Source of the DNA: an uncultured delta proteobacterium
GTDB taxonomy: Bacteria; Myxococcota_A; Polyangia; Fen-1088
NCBI GenBank assembly: GCA_963737265.1
Contig: CAVTRY010000021.1
Coordinates: forward strand, 64,001 to 128,000
Length of the DNA: 64,000 bases
Direction: 5' to 3'
Below the pieces are notes generated by a model. It worked only from the letters and a program-made list of their open reading frames with translations, did no database searches and had not been told where the DNA came from. Of the stretch, positions 1-9,722 are shown one piece after another (the stretch's first letter is position 1; each line of letters opens with the position of its first letter). Both the position numbers and the translations under genes were made by a program.

Positions 1-21
1 ACCTGAGCCAACCGTCCGTCG

Positions 22-384
22 CTACTCCGGAAAACCGTTGGCCTGCCATTTCAGAAGCATTTGAAGCCCGTTGGGACCAACCCCATCGCCGCTTTGGGCC
101 GCCGGAGGCATGCGTTTGATTTGCACGTCATGGACGGAAGGCGACCCCTCGGTTTGAGCCCCGCTGACCCCGTTTCCATCATCGGCGTAGACGTTGAGCC
201 GAAAATAGGGCGGCGCCCCGCGATCCGGGGGAGAACTGTGACACAGCAAACAGTGATCCTGATAAAGAGGCCAAATGTCGTTGTAGTAGGTTGGATTGGT
301 GGGCACGCTCGATATGTCAGGCACCGTGTACGAACACGAGCCGCCGAACAGGCACAGGGCAACAACTGGCAGCAACTGTCTCAT
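22..384 (-). CDS. Putative lipoprotein c-type cytochrome (single CxxCH)
   Basis: Signal peptide ending GGSC; CLLCH heme-binding motif; downstream RMPP possible distal Met ligand. Confidence 0.65.
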   Translation of the reverse strand: MRQLLPVVALCLFGGSCSYTVPDISSVPTNPTYYNDIWPLYQDHCLLCHSSPPDRGAPPYFRLNVYADDGNGVSGAQTEGSPSVHDVQIKRMPPAAQSGDGVGPNGLQMLLKWQANGFPE

Positions 385-756
385 CGATTTCGCTCCACTT
401 GGATCGAGTCAATCAGGATGTGAGTACTCTTATTTCGGAGTGTGACACATGCACAAGGCGACGTCGAATCGTTCACAACTGTTCCCCTGCTTGTCTGGAA
501 CCTTTTCCCGAATGACTTTCCAATGAATACTCAACAGCACCAGGATCGGACCAAGGATCGGACCCCTCTGCCTGCCAGACGCCCCGTCATGGTATCAACA
601 GAAGCACGTGGAGAGAAAAGAGGCTCACCTTGGAAAAGGAAGCGTTTGTCTCGAATTCGACATACTGGTAAGATAGAGAAAGAATGAGTCTTTTGCACGA
701 GCGGCGTCGTAGGGTGCAGTCGCGGTTCTTTCACCCCCCCCCAATTTCGTGAGTCC

Positions 757-1467
757 ATGAAGCTGTTATCTGTTCTTGTGTCTGTCTCGATCCTCATGGG
801 CCTTGCCGGGGGAGCCAACGCGAAGCAAAAGGAGAAGCGAAAGGTCCACGCCAGTCCGCCCCCGGCTGAAGAACCCACCAACAAGGAGCCGGACAAGGCG
901 GCGGCGGAAAAGCCCCCTCTCGATTTCGATTTCTTTGGCGGACAGCCCGGAGCCGTCGGCGCGACGAACACTGCGATGGGCGGCGCCGCAACGGACGTGG
1001 CAGCCGCCGACGTCGCAGCCAAGGTACGCACGCGCCGGTGGATGCTGACCACCCACCAAACCCTGGGCATTGCCACCTGGGTGCTGATGGTCGGCACGGT
1101 AACAGTGGGGCAACTCAATTACAACCAACTCTACGGAGGCGGCGGCGGCAATAACAAATGGCAAACCCCGCACCAGATACTGGTCCTATCGACCAGCGTT
1201 GCTTTCGCCGCTGCGGCGGCATTCGCTATCTTCGCGCCCACGCCCTATCCCAAGCCGTTGCACCTCGACACCGGACTCGTTCACCGAATCGCGGTGATTG
1301 GCGCCACCTTGGGCATGGTGACGGAGGGCGTGCTCGGCTGGGTCACCACCCATCAGGCCAATGCGGGAAACTCGCAACACCTGGCCACCATGGCGCGCAC
1401 GCACCAGATAGTCGGCTACTCCACCTTGGGTTTTCTAACCATCGCCGGCGCCGTCTGGCTCTTCTAG
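757..1467 (+). CDS. Membrane protein with signal peptide and four His-containing TM helices (cytochrome b561-like, tentative)
   Basis: 236-aa ORF; four hydrophobic helices each beginning with His (THQTLG, PHQILV, VHRIAV, THQIVG). Confidence 0.6.
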   Translation: MKLLSVLVSVSILMGLAGGANAKQKEKRKVHASPPPAEEPTNKEPDKAAAEKPPLDFDFFGGQPGAVGATNTAMGGAATDVAAADVAAKVRTRRWMLTTHQTLGIATWVLMVGTVTVGQLNYNQLYGGGGGNNKWQTPHQILVLSTSVAFAAAAAFAIFAPTPYPKPLHLDTGLVHRIAVIGATLGMVTEGVLGWVTTHQANAGNSQHLATMARTHQIVGYSTLGFLTIAGAVWLF

Positions 1468-1485
1468 CAGCCCGTGGTGAAAGTC
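1465..1485. mobile_element. Terminal 21 bp of a CTAG-targeting MITE, cut off by ISL3
   Basis: TAGCAGCCCGTGGTGAAAGTC matches 25064-25084 at 20/21 positions; overlaps the upstream gene's stop codon. Confidence 0.7.
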
Positions 1486-2976
1486 GGTTCATCGCGCGTT
1501 CGGGTGATTGCGAAGGCAACGGCGTAGCCGCCGCTCCGGGGGCCGTCAAGGCGCTTCGCGCCTCCTCCGCTTCGCTCCGGCCCTACGGGTGACGGCCTCC
1601 TCGCTGGCGGCTCAGGTGCTGCTATGCGACGACGAGGATCTCGTCGCCGCGCGCGACGGTGCGCGAAATGAAAAGTGGACGTCCGTCGGTGATCCTTCGG
1701 GTTTATGCAAATCACGAGGAACTCCCAACGAACGTCCGTCCCTGGTATTTTGGCATTGCAGCTGGCCATTGCAAACGGCTGGCGTGTCAGTTTCGACAGC
1801 TACAGCGGTACCGATGGCTCCTGGCATGTACACCTGTATCCGACCAGGCAGTCGGCTGTGTGCTCCGGCTGTGGAGAGACCAAGCGCTGCGCGCTGGATA
1901 TCAAGAATTGCGCCCGGGCCTGGCGTCATCTCGACGGTTGGGGCATCCGCACGGTCGTCATCGCGCCTCTGCGGCGCGTGCGCTGTCGCCGCTGTGGGAT
2001 CCGGGTCGAACAGGTCCCGTGGGCGCGCACCGGCTCGCGCATGACTCACATGTTCGAGGCGGAGGTCCTGCGGCGTGCCCGCACGACTTCCATTGCCGGC
2101 GTGTGCCGCCAACTCGGGCTGCACTGGACTACCGTCATGCGCCTCATCACCCACTGGGTCGAGGATGCGGTCGAGCGCCGCTTCCATCGCAAGCTTCGCA
2201 TCATCGGCGTCGACGAGGTCAGCTACGGCCGAGGCCAGAACAAGTATCTGACCATCGTCTGGGACCACGAGGCCGGACACGTGGTTTGGATCGGCGAGGG
2301 CAAGCAGGAGGAAACACTCAAGCAGTTTTTCGTGAAGCTGGGACCGCGCCGGTCGCATCGGCTGGTGGCAGTCACGCTGGACATGGCCCAAGGCTACATC
2401 AACGCCATCTGCGAACATGCCCCACAGGCTGACCTCGTCTTCGACCGATTCCACATCGAGCACCACCTCACCGACGCCGTCGACCAGGTCCGCAAGGCGG
2501 AATTTTGGCGCAAGGGTGGCCTGTATCGCGAGGCCATCCGAGGCAAGAAGTTCCTCCTGCTCAAGAAGCGTCGTCGTCTTCACTGGCGTCGCCGTCGCGA
2601 GCTTGACGAGCTATTCCGCCTCAACCGACGTCTCCAGGTAGCGTACCTGCTCAAGGAGCAGTTCGACGTCGTATGGGGCTATCACACTGAGGTCGGTATG
2701 GCTGCAGCACTCGACCACTGGCGTCGCCTATTACGCTGGCAACGACTTGGCTCGTTGAAGCGATTCTGGAACATGATTAAGCGCCATTGGTCGGGCGTTA
2801 TTGCCTGGGCCAAGCACGGTCTTTCCAACGCAGCCCTCGAAGGCAACAATTCACGTGTTCGCGGCATCAGCCAGCGTGGCCACGGCTACCGCAACCCCGA
2901 CAACCTCATGCAGATCCTGTATTTCTCATGCTGCCACTGACCCTCGACGGAAGCTCACCCGAAAGCGTGATGGGCG
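1486..2976 (+). mobile_element. ISL3-family insertion sequence, copy 1 (1491 bp)
   Basis: Near-identical to the reverse complement of 25217-26707; imperfect 22-bp terminal IRs GGTTCATCGCGCGTTCGGGTGA / CGCCCATCACGCTTTCGGGTGA. Confidence 0.92.
1705..2940 (+). CDS. ISL3-family transposase
   Basis: N-terminal zinc finger CSGC...CRRC, IGVDE, TLDM, FDRFH and LEGNN motifs. Confidence 0.95.
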   Translation: MQITRNSQRTSVPGILALQLAIANGWRVSFDSYSGTDGSWHVHLYPTRQSAVCSGCGETKRCALDIKNCARAWRHLDGWGIRTVVIAPLRRVRCRRCGIRVEQVPWARTGSRMTHMFEAEVLRRARTTSIAGVCRQLGLHWTTVMRLITHWVEDAVERRFHRKLRIIGVDEVSYGRGQNKYLTIVWDHEAGHVVWIGEGKQEETLKQFFVKLGPRRSHRLVAVTLDMAQGYINAICEHAPQADLVFDRFHIEHHLTDAVDQVRKAEFWRKGGLYREAIRGKKFLLLKKRRRLHWRRRRELDELFRLNRRLQVAYLLKEQFDVVWGYHTEVGMAAALDHWRRLLRWQRLGSLKRFWNMIKRHWSGVIAWAKHGLSNAALEGNNSRVRGISQRGHGYRNPDNLMQILYFSCCH

Positions 2977-3749
2977 CGGAAATCGCCGGTCTCGAAGGAC
3001 TCACGGCCGGGCCCGACGGCAACCTTTGGTTCACCGAAGAAATGGCCAACAATATTGGGCGGCTAACACCAAGCGGCGCTGTCATGGAGTTTCCAGTTTC
3101 CACCGCGGACAGCGGTCTTTCGGGAATTGCAGGCGGGCCGGACGGCAACCTTTGGTTTTCCGAATACGCGGGTCACAATATCGGCCGCATCACCCCCGGC
3201 GGGGTGATTACCGAGTTTGCGATCCCAAGTACAATCAATGGACCGGGCGCAATCGCAGCCGGGCTCGACGGCAATCTCTGGTTCGCTGAACGTGACGGAG
3301 ATCGAATTGGCCGCATCACCCCGGCCGGGGTGTTCAAGCAATTTCCTGTTCCAACTTTGGGCAGCGACCCATTCCGCATCGTGCTGGGGCTCGACGGCAA
3401 CCTTTGGTTTACTGAAGATGTTGCCCGCGCAGTCGGCCGGATCACGCCGAGCGGCCTAGTCACGGAGCTTCCCGTGCTAGTGGTCGGACTCTACGGCCTG
3501 CCCAGCGACATTGCCGCAGGTGCTGACGGGAACTTGTGGTTCACGGATGAGCCTGACGACGGGCTCGGTCGCATCACGCCGGCCGGTGTCGTCACGCCGG
3601 TAAGTATCCCGACGGCAAACGATAGCGCTGTTTACCGTCCATGGGCCATTACAGCCGGGCCAGACGGCAATATCTGGTTCGTCGGAGTCGCCACGATTGA
3701 CGGAGTTCCGGAGCCCGACACGTGCATCGTCAGCCGCCTCACTCCCTGA
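2970..3749 (+). pseudogene. Vgb (virginiamycin B lyase)-like beta-propeller; 5'-truncated C-terminal part of a larger gene split by ISL3
   Basis: Six GPDGNLWF-type repeats starting directly at the IS end; the nearest in-frame ATG (2970) lies inside the IS terminus. Confidence 0.75.
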
Positions 3750-3806
3750 CTTGGCAAAGGCGGGCACGGAAGCCGCGGCGGCGGCATGGGCAAGCTCGCG
3801 ATCGTG

Positions 3807-3869
3807 CCCGCCGGCGAAATTCGCGCACCATCAGTGCGACGCCTGCCACGCGATGCGCTGGAGAAGATC
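3807..3869. repeat. 63-bp repeat, about 89% identical to the reverse complement of 31185-31246
   Basis: Manual alignment: 6 substitutions and 1 indel; covers the 3' end and stop codon of the peptidase/TPR gene. Confidence 0.85.
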
Positions 3870-6203
3870 CCGCGCGCGCAGGCGGTCGGCTTGGTGTCGG
3901 GAGTTGGCGAAAAGCCAGGCCTCGGCGGCGCGCGCCTCTTCGAGATCGCCGGACAGGAAGGCGGATTCGCCGAGTAGGCGGCGGCATTCCCGCAAGAAGG
4001 TCGCGTCGAGGGGAACCTCCATGCGTGCGTCGTCCAAGGGGCAGGCCAGCGCGAATTGCGCCAGCGCCAGCTTGGCATCGCGGGTGGCGAGCTGTCGGCC
4101 AACGAGGTAGGGCCCGAGCGCTTCGTCGGGAAACGCGCGCGCGAACTCGGTCATCAGGTAGACGACAAGACCGGGATCGAGGGCGCGCCCGCGCTCGTCG
4201 CCGAAAAACACGCGCCCGATGGATTTTTGCGCGACTTCATCGCGAAGCGCGCGCAGCTTGGCCTTGGCCGAGCGCTCGTCGCTGTCGTCGCTCGCCGCGA
4301 GCAACGCCTCATTCACCGCCGCACGCGCCTGGTCGAGCCGGCCGGCACGAAAATGAATTCCCGCTTCGAGACTAGCGGCGCGTTCGCGCAACGGCCGGGT
4401 CAGCGTTGCGGAGGCGACCGTTTGGGTCAAGGTGGCGAGGGCGCGCTTTTCGTCGCCAGCGGCGACCTGCGCCTCGGCCAGATCGAGCACGAAGGTCGGC
4501 TCGCTGGGATCGTCGGCGCACGCGCTCGACAAGAGCGCCACGGCGTCCGCGGGCGAAGTTGCCATGCGGGCGCGCGCATCGGACACGCGCGCCGCCAGCT
4601 CGCGCGCGCATACCTTCTGGAAAATGGCTGGCCGGCGGAAACGTTCTTCGGCCTGGGCGCGGATGTCCTCGTCCACCGGCAGCGATGCCAAGAGAGCCCG
4701 CCAGTCTTGCTCCAGCGAATCGAGATCGCGGCCGTAGACCGCGGTGAAATCTCCGGCGGAACGGTAGAGGGCGCGCAGCTTGGCCGAGCCAAAGCTGTCG
4801 AGGAGAAAGCGGCAGAACGAGCCGGCGACGGTGTAGGCGCGTGGGCCGGATTCGAAGGTAAAGCCAGCCCCGAGCGCGCGGCGCAACTCGGGCGCTTGGC
4901 CGAGGGCGAGCATGGCGGCGGCTTCCTCGTGCGTGGTCGACCGGCCGTCGGGATCGTCGAAGTCGGCGGCCTCGGCCACGCCTTCGATGAGGCCGGTCGC
5001 CAAGCTGGGAACCGGCAGCGGGCCGGCGAAGTGCCACGCCATGGCCACGCCAAACAGGCGATCGCCGAACGCCGACGCGAACACGTGGGCCAGCTCGTGG
5101 CGCAAGCGCTGGGCGGGAAAGCGGTCGGCTTGCACGAAGATTTCACGCGTCCACGGCTTGGCGTAGAGCGTGTTGGCCGCGCCCACCGCATCTTTCTTGG
5201 CGGCGGCCGAAGGAAAACGGTACACCGTGATGGGGCCAGTCGGCTCGACGCCCAGGATGCCGGTCAATTGGTCGTAGCGGAATTCCAAGTCCTTCACCGC
5301 CAGGGCCACGTCTGCCTCGCTCTCGGCCGCTGAATCCGTGCGTAGCACGAAGTGCAAAGAACGTGTCTCGCGCGGCAGCAGGCGGACGAGGTCGGCGTGG
5401 GTGACGTGGAAGCCAAGCCTCCCGCGCGCGGCGAACCAGACGAGTCCGGCTGCCATCAACGCGCAGGCCAGCATCGGCTTGTGCCAGCTCGTCGGGTGAC
5501 CAAGCGATTGCAAGGAAGGCCGTGGCAATCGGGCGGGCTGCGCTTCCTCGTCACGTTGCGGTTCTCCGCAAAGCCAGGTCACGGTGGCGAGAAGCGCCGC
5601 CAGCCAGGTCAGGTTGGCCAGGCGATACCAGACCAGGCGGAGCGGCGGGCGCAGGGCTTCGTCGTAGATCGGCCCGGGGAAATAGCCGCCGAACGGATCG
5701 AAGGCGAAGACGGCCGGGTCGCGATAGAGGCGGACGAGCGCCCATGCGATGGAAATGAAGGGCAGCGCCCAGGCGGCCACCCGACCGAGTCGGCGCGCGG
5801 GCACGACCAGGCCGACCGCGACGCCGGTTCCGGCGGCGTAGATGGCCGTGCCCATGGGCAACAGCGCGAAGAAGGCGAGTCCCGCGCCAAGGTTGCAATT
5901 GCGCACACGCAGGGCATTGGCTAGCGAAATCAAAAACGGTCCGACGAGCACTGCCAGGGTCGTGACGATCGCCTCGCCCGCCAGCAGTGGCACCGAGACG
6001 GCTCGCTCGTCGGCGCGCGCGGCGCCGACCGTGCCATGCCCGATGTCGACCCCGGCAAGCGCCGTGGCGAGGCCGAGCGCGAAGGAAAAGTCGTAGCCCA
6101 GGACGTTGAACAGGGGCAGAAAGTCGAGCACGGCAGCAAGCAGCGCGAGAAGACCGGCCCAAAAGAGTGCTCTTCGCCCATGACTAAAGTTGATCCAAGT
6201 CAC
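3831..6203 (-). CDS. Multi-pass membrane protein with gluzincin (peptidase MA-like) domain and C-terminal TPR-like helices
   Basis: About 8 N-terminal TM segments, RHELAH (HExxH) plus downstream IEGVAE, Ala-rich helical C-terminus; start GTG 6203 is a best guess. Confidence 0.75.
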   Translation of the reverse strand: MTWINFSHGRRALFWAGLLALLAAVLDFLPLFNVLGYDFSFALGLATALAGVDIGHGTVGAARADERAVSVPLLAGEAIVTTLAVLVGPFLISLANALRVRNCNLGAGLAFFALLPMGTAIYAAGTGVAVGLVVPARRLGRVAAWALPFISIAWALVRLYRDPAVFAFDPFGGYFPGPIYDEALRPPLRLVWYRLANLTWLAALLATVTWLCGEPQRDEEAQPARLPRPSLQSLGHPTSWHKPMLACALMAAGLVWFAARGRLGFHVTHADLVRLLPRETRSLHFVLRTDSAAESEADVALAVKDLEFRYDQLTGILGVEPTGPITVYRFPSAAAKKDAVGAANTLYAKPWTREIFVQADRFPAQRLRHELAHVFASAFGDRLFGVAMAWHFAGPLPVPSLATGLIEGVAEAADFDDPDGRSTTHEEAAAMLALGQAPELRRALGAGFTFESGPRAYTVAGSFCRFLLDSFGSAKLRALYRSAGDFTAVYGRDLDSLEQDWRALLASLPVDEDIRAQAEERFRRPAIFQKVCARELAARVSDARARMATSPADAVALLSSACADDPSEPTFVLDLAEAQVAAGDEKRALATLTQTVASATLTRPLRERAASLEAGIHFRAGRLDQARAAVNEALLAASDDSDERSAKAKLRALRDEVAQKSIGRVFFGDERGRALDPGLVVYLMTEFARAFPDEALGPYLVGRQLATRDAKLALAQFALACPLDDARMEVPLDATFLRECRRLLGESAFLSGDLEEARAAEAWLFANSRHQADRLRARDLLQRIAWQASH

Positions 6204-6234
6204 CGTGCGTGCGACGCTCCCATCAAGGTCCAGG

Positions 6235-6654
6235 ATGCCCCAGTCTTCCGAACGTCGCCAGCAGCATCGGGCTCCAATCGAGCTTCGGGTGGAATACCAG
6301 CGCCTCAATCGCTTCTTTTACGACTACACCAAGAACATCTCGATGGGCGGAACCTTCATCAAGACCACCAAGCCGCTCGAAGTCGGCACGCAGTTTCTGT
6401 TCAAGCTGATGATTCCCACGCTGCCCGGCCCGCTGATCTTGCGTGGCGATGTCCGCTGGATCCTTCACGAGGGGGAACAGCGCGTGGGCGAGGGCCCCGA
6501 CGGCGCGGATGAACCCGGCATGGGCATCCGTTTCATCTACGAGGACGAGAATCAAAGGGCCGATGTCGAGCGCGAGGTGGAGAGGCTGATGGTGGGGAGC
6601 TTGGGACCCAAGATTTACGCCAACCTGCGCCGCCCGCGCGACAAGAAGAAGTAG
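6235..6654 (+). CDS. PilZ-domain protein (myxobacterial TIGR02266 type)
   Basis: ERRQQHR (RxxxR) and NISMGG motifs, PGMGIRF. Confidence 0.88.
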   Translation: MPQSSERRQQHRAPIELRVEYQRLNRFFYDYTKNISMGGTFIKTTKPLEVGTQFLFKLMIPTLPGPLILRGDVRWILHEGEQRVGEGPDGADEPGMGIRFIYEDENQRADVEREVERLMVGSLGPKIYANLRRPRDKKK

Positions 6655-7080
6655 GGGCGCCAGCCGGCAGATCATAGCCGGCGCTGTTCTACTGCCTCCG
6701 AGATGCTTCGCGTCTGGTGGATTGGCAAGCCAGGATCTTTCGCAGCAGCAGCTCACCCATGCTTGGCCTCGCGGAGGGCGTGGCTTCGTAGACGAGGCCG
6801 CCATCGCGGGCGACCTGGAACTTGAGCCAGTCGGAAGCTGTTTGCAGGTCGACGCCATGGGGCTCGCGACCAAGCGTTGCTTTGGCGCACGTCGCTGCTT
6901 TGGAGCTGTGGCACTTGACGCGGACGTGGACCGCAACCCCGAGTCAAAGGGTGGCAGGAACCAGGCCGAGTTTGGGCGACGGCGGCGAAATCGATGCTAA
7001 AACTCTGGCGAACGAGAGGCCGTGGCCGTGGCACGATGCGGTGACCCGGTGGGCGCGGATCTCGCTGCACAAGGAGACCC

Positions 7081-7494
7081 ATGAAACGCAACGCAAGTGC
7101 AACGTGGAATGGAGGCCTGAAAGACGGCCAGGGCAAACTCAGCGTCGGCAGCGGCGCGGTCAAGGACTTGAAGTTCAGCTTCCGCACTCGCTTCGAGACC
7201 GACCCGGGCACCAACCCGGAGGAGCTGATCGCGGCGGCGCACGCGGGCTGTTTCAGCATGGCCTTGAGCGCGCAATTAGGCGAGCGCGGCATCACCCCGG
7301 ACGTCATCGAGACGGCGTGCGTGGTCACGTTCGAAAATCTCGCGCTCACCAAGAGCGAGCTGCGCACGACCGTCAAGGCGCGCGGCGCGGACAAGGCCAA
7401 GGTTGAAGAGGCAGCGGCTGCCGCGAAGGCTGGCTGCCCGATCTCCAAGGTGCTCAGGCTCGACATTGCCCTCGATCTGACGATCGAAGTCTAG
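7081..7494 (+). CDS. osmC: OsmC-family peroxiredoxin
   Basis: GTNPEELIAAAHAGCFSMAL and CPISK motifs; AGGAG RBS. Confidence 0.93.
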   Translation: MKRNASATWNGGLKDGQGKLSVGSGAVKDLKFSFRTRFETDPGTNPEELIAAAHAGCFSMALSAQLGERGITPDVIETACVVTFENLALTKSELRTTVKARGADKAKVEEAAAAAKAGCPISKVLRLDIALDLTIEV

Positions 7495-7653
7495 CATAGG
7501 AAGGCGGGCGCAGCGGGCGAGTGCGTCCTGCATCGTTCACAACCGTCGCGCCCGTCGTGCCGGGACACTTGCGGTTGTGACGCCAAGACCCCAGAATGCT
7601 CCGGTGCGCGGATGAAATCTCCGTGCGCGGACAGCAACTACGAGAGGTGAAGA

Positions 7654-9009
7654 ATGGATCGTTCGAGGCGCCATATCCCCGTTCTCCTAGGCACGAGTGC
7701 TGCAATCCTCGCGGCCGGATGTTGCCACTGCCCGGTCGACGAGTCGGCTCCCGCGCTGGCAGCGCCGCCGCCCCGGGTTGCGGTGGCCAGGCCGGCCCCG
7801 GTGCCCGTCGCGCCCCCGCCGCCGCCTGGACCGACGACGGTTGTCGTCAGGGGTGCCGGTCTGCAGATGCCCAAATCTGCGCTTTGGGACGCCGACCAAG
7901 ATGTGTATTTCGTGAGCAACATCAGTGGCGATCCCGCCACCCCGAACAAGAACGGGTTCGTTTCCAAGATCGGCCCCGACGGCAAGGTCATCGCCCTCAA
8001 GTTCGTCGACGGCAGCAAGAAGGGGAGCGAGCTCAACGCGCCCAAGGGGTTGGCCATCATCGGCGACACCCTCTACGTCGCGGATCTCAATGTCGTGCGC
8101 AAGTTCGACCGCAAGAGTGGCAAAGCCAAAGGCGTGGTCAAGATCGCAAAATCGGTTTTCCTCAACGCGCTCTCGGCGTCGCCCGACGGCAGGACGCTCT
8201 ACGTTTCCGACAGCGCTGTGGCTGTCGAGGCGGGAAAGTTCACCGGTACCGGCGACGACGCGATCTACGCCATCGACGTAAAAAAAGGCTCGGCGGTCGC
8301 CCTCATCAAGGACCAGGCATTGCTTCGGCCGAGCGGCCTGTTCGCTGACGATGACGGGGTGTGGATCGTCACCCTGGGCGGGAACCTGTTGTTCCACGTC
8401 AACCAACAGGGTGGCACGGGACCGGCCACCAAGTTGCCCAAGGGCGGACTCGACGGCATCGTAAGGCTAAGCGACGACGCGTTTCTTATTTCGAGCTGGG
8501 AGGGCTCTGCCATCTACCGCGGTTTGGCTGGCGGAGAATTCAAGGAAGTCATCTCGGAAATTCCCTCGCCTGCCGGCCTCGGCCTCGACACCAAACGCAA
8601 CGTTCTTCTGATACCCATCTTCCAGAAATCGGCGGTTCAGTTCGTGCCCTTGCCGCCCTTGACCCCGTCCGCGGCCACGCCGCCGGCCTCCGCGCCGGTC
8701 ACGACCGCTGCCCCCGCCCCCGCCGCGCCCCCGCCGCTTCCGCTGCCGCCTGGTGCCGCCGCCTACCCGATGTTCGGGCCGACGCCACCTCCTGCGCCGA
8801 CGCCCGCGCCACCATCCGCCCCGGCGCCTGCCAACCCCGCGCCGCCCGCGCCCAGCCCTGTTCCTCCAGTTCCCGCAGCGATCGCCCCGACGCCTCCATC
8901 TGCCCCGGCTGCCGCGCCGGCACCGGCTACGGTGCCCTTCGGAACGCCGTACGGCGGTGGGTATTCCTACCCAGCTCCTGCGGCTCCACCTGCTCCGCCC
9001 ACCCGCTAG
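7654..9009 (+). CDS. SMP-30/gluconolactonase-like beta-propeller lipoprotein with Pro/Ala-rich tail
   Basis: Lipobox LAAGC; VSNISG, LNAPKGLAI, LYVAD, LDGIV and SSWEG motifs; low-complexity C-terminus. Confidence 0.75.
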   Translation: MDRSRRHIPVLLGTSAAILAAGCCHCPVDESAPALAAPPPRVAVARPAPVPVAPPPPPGPTTVVVRGAGLQMPKSALWDADQDVYFVSNISGDPATPNKNGFVSKIGPDGKVIALKFVDGSKKGSELNAPKGLAIIGDTLYVADLNVVRKFDRKSGKAKGVVKIAKSVFLNALSASPDGRTLYVSDSAVAVEAGKFTGTGDDAIYAIDVKKGSAVALIKDQALLRPSGLFADDDGVWIVTLGGNLLFHVNQQGGTGPATKLPKGGLDGIVRLSDDAFLISSWEGSAIYRGLAGGEFKEVISEIPSPAGLGLDTKRNVLLIPIFQKSAVQFVPLPPLTPSAATPPASAPVTTAAPAPAAPPPLPLPPGAAAYPMFGPTPPPAPTPAPPSAPAPANPAPPAPSPVPPVPAAIAPTPPSAPAAAPAPATVPFGTPYGGGYSYPAPAAPPAPPTR

Positions 9010-9722
9010 CCGCCTCGCATCAGCGTCCTCAGCGTCGGTTGCGCAGGGGTGCCGCCGCCGACCAGAACTTTGTTGGCGATGCCGAAAAAGAGGCCAGTTT
9101 CGATCATGCCGGGGACGGCGTGCAGGGCTTGGTCGACACTGCGCAGGTCGGCGGCGGGGGGAAAGCGGACGTCGAAAAGCAGGTTGCCGTTGTCGGTGAC
9201 GACGGGTCCGTCTTTGCGCAGGCCGATGCGCAGGGTTGGATCGCCGCCAAGGTCGCGGATGGCGCGCTCGACGTAGGCGAGGGCGGCCGGCAGAACTTCG
9301 ACGGGAATGGCGAAGGTGCTGCCAAGTTTATCCACTACCTTGGACTCGTCGACGATGACGACGAAGTCCCTGGCCATGAACGCCGCGATCTTTTCGCGCG
9401 TGTGGGATGCGCCGCCGCCCTTGATGAGGTCGAGGCTGGGATCCACTTCGTCGGCGCCGTCGATGGCCAGGTCGAGGCTGGCTGTGTCCTGCATGTCGCG
9501 CACGGGAATGCCGAGCTTCATGCACAGGATGCGCGACTGGAACGAGGTCGGCACGCCGACGATCTTGATGCCTTCGTTGCGCACCCGGCGGGCGAGCTCC
9601 TCGATGAGGAAGGCCATGGTGGAGCCGGTGCCGATGCCGGCCACCATGCCGTCTTCGATCAGCCGCGCGCCCTGGGCGGCGACGTGTTTCTTGGTCTCGG
9701 GATTACTCTGTGGGTTCTTCAC
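9006..9722 (-). CDS. rpiA: Ribose-5-phosphate isomerase A
   Basis: GIGTGST, DGADEVD, IKGGGA, REKI and VVTDNGN motifs. Confidence 0.95.
   Translation of the reverse strand: MKNPQSNPETKKHVAAQGARLIEDGMVAGIGTGSTMAFLIEELARRVRNEGIKIVGVPTSFQSRILCMKLGIPVRDMQDTASLDLAIDGADEVDPSLDLIKGGGASHTREKIAAFMARDFVVIVDESKVVDKLGSTFAIPVEVLPAALAYVERAIRDLGGDPTLRIGLRKDGPVVTDNGNLLFDVRFPPAADLRSVDQALHAVPGMIETGLFFGIANKVLVGGGTPAQPTLRTLMRGG

Noticed and set aside
541-564. Short tandem AGGATCGGACC repeat in the first intergenic region
   Set aside because: Only two copies; could be an operator but nothing else supports it
2977-3749. Streptogramin resistance gene vgb
   Set aside because: Only generic propeller repeats; appears to be the tail of a surface protein; catalytic residues not verifiable
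6688-6945. Protein-like stretch on the minus strand between the PilZ gene and osmC
   Set aside because: No start codon after the preceding in-frame stop and no recognisable motif
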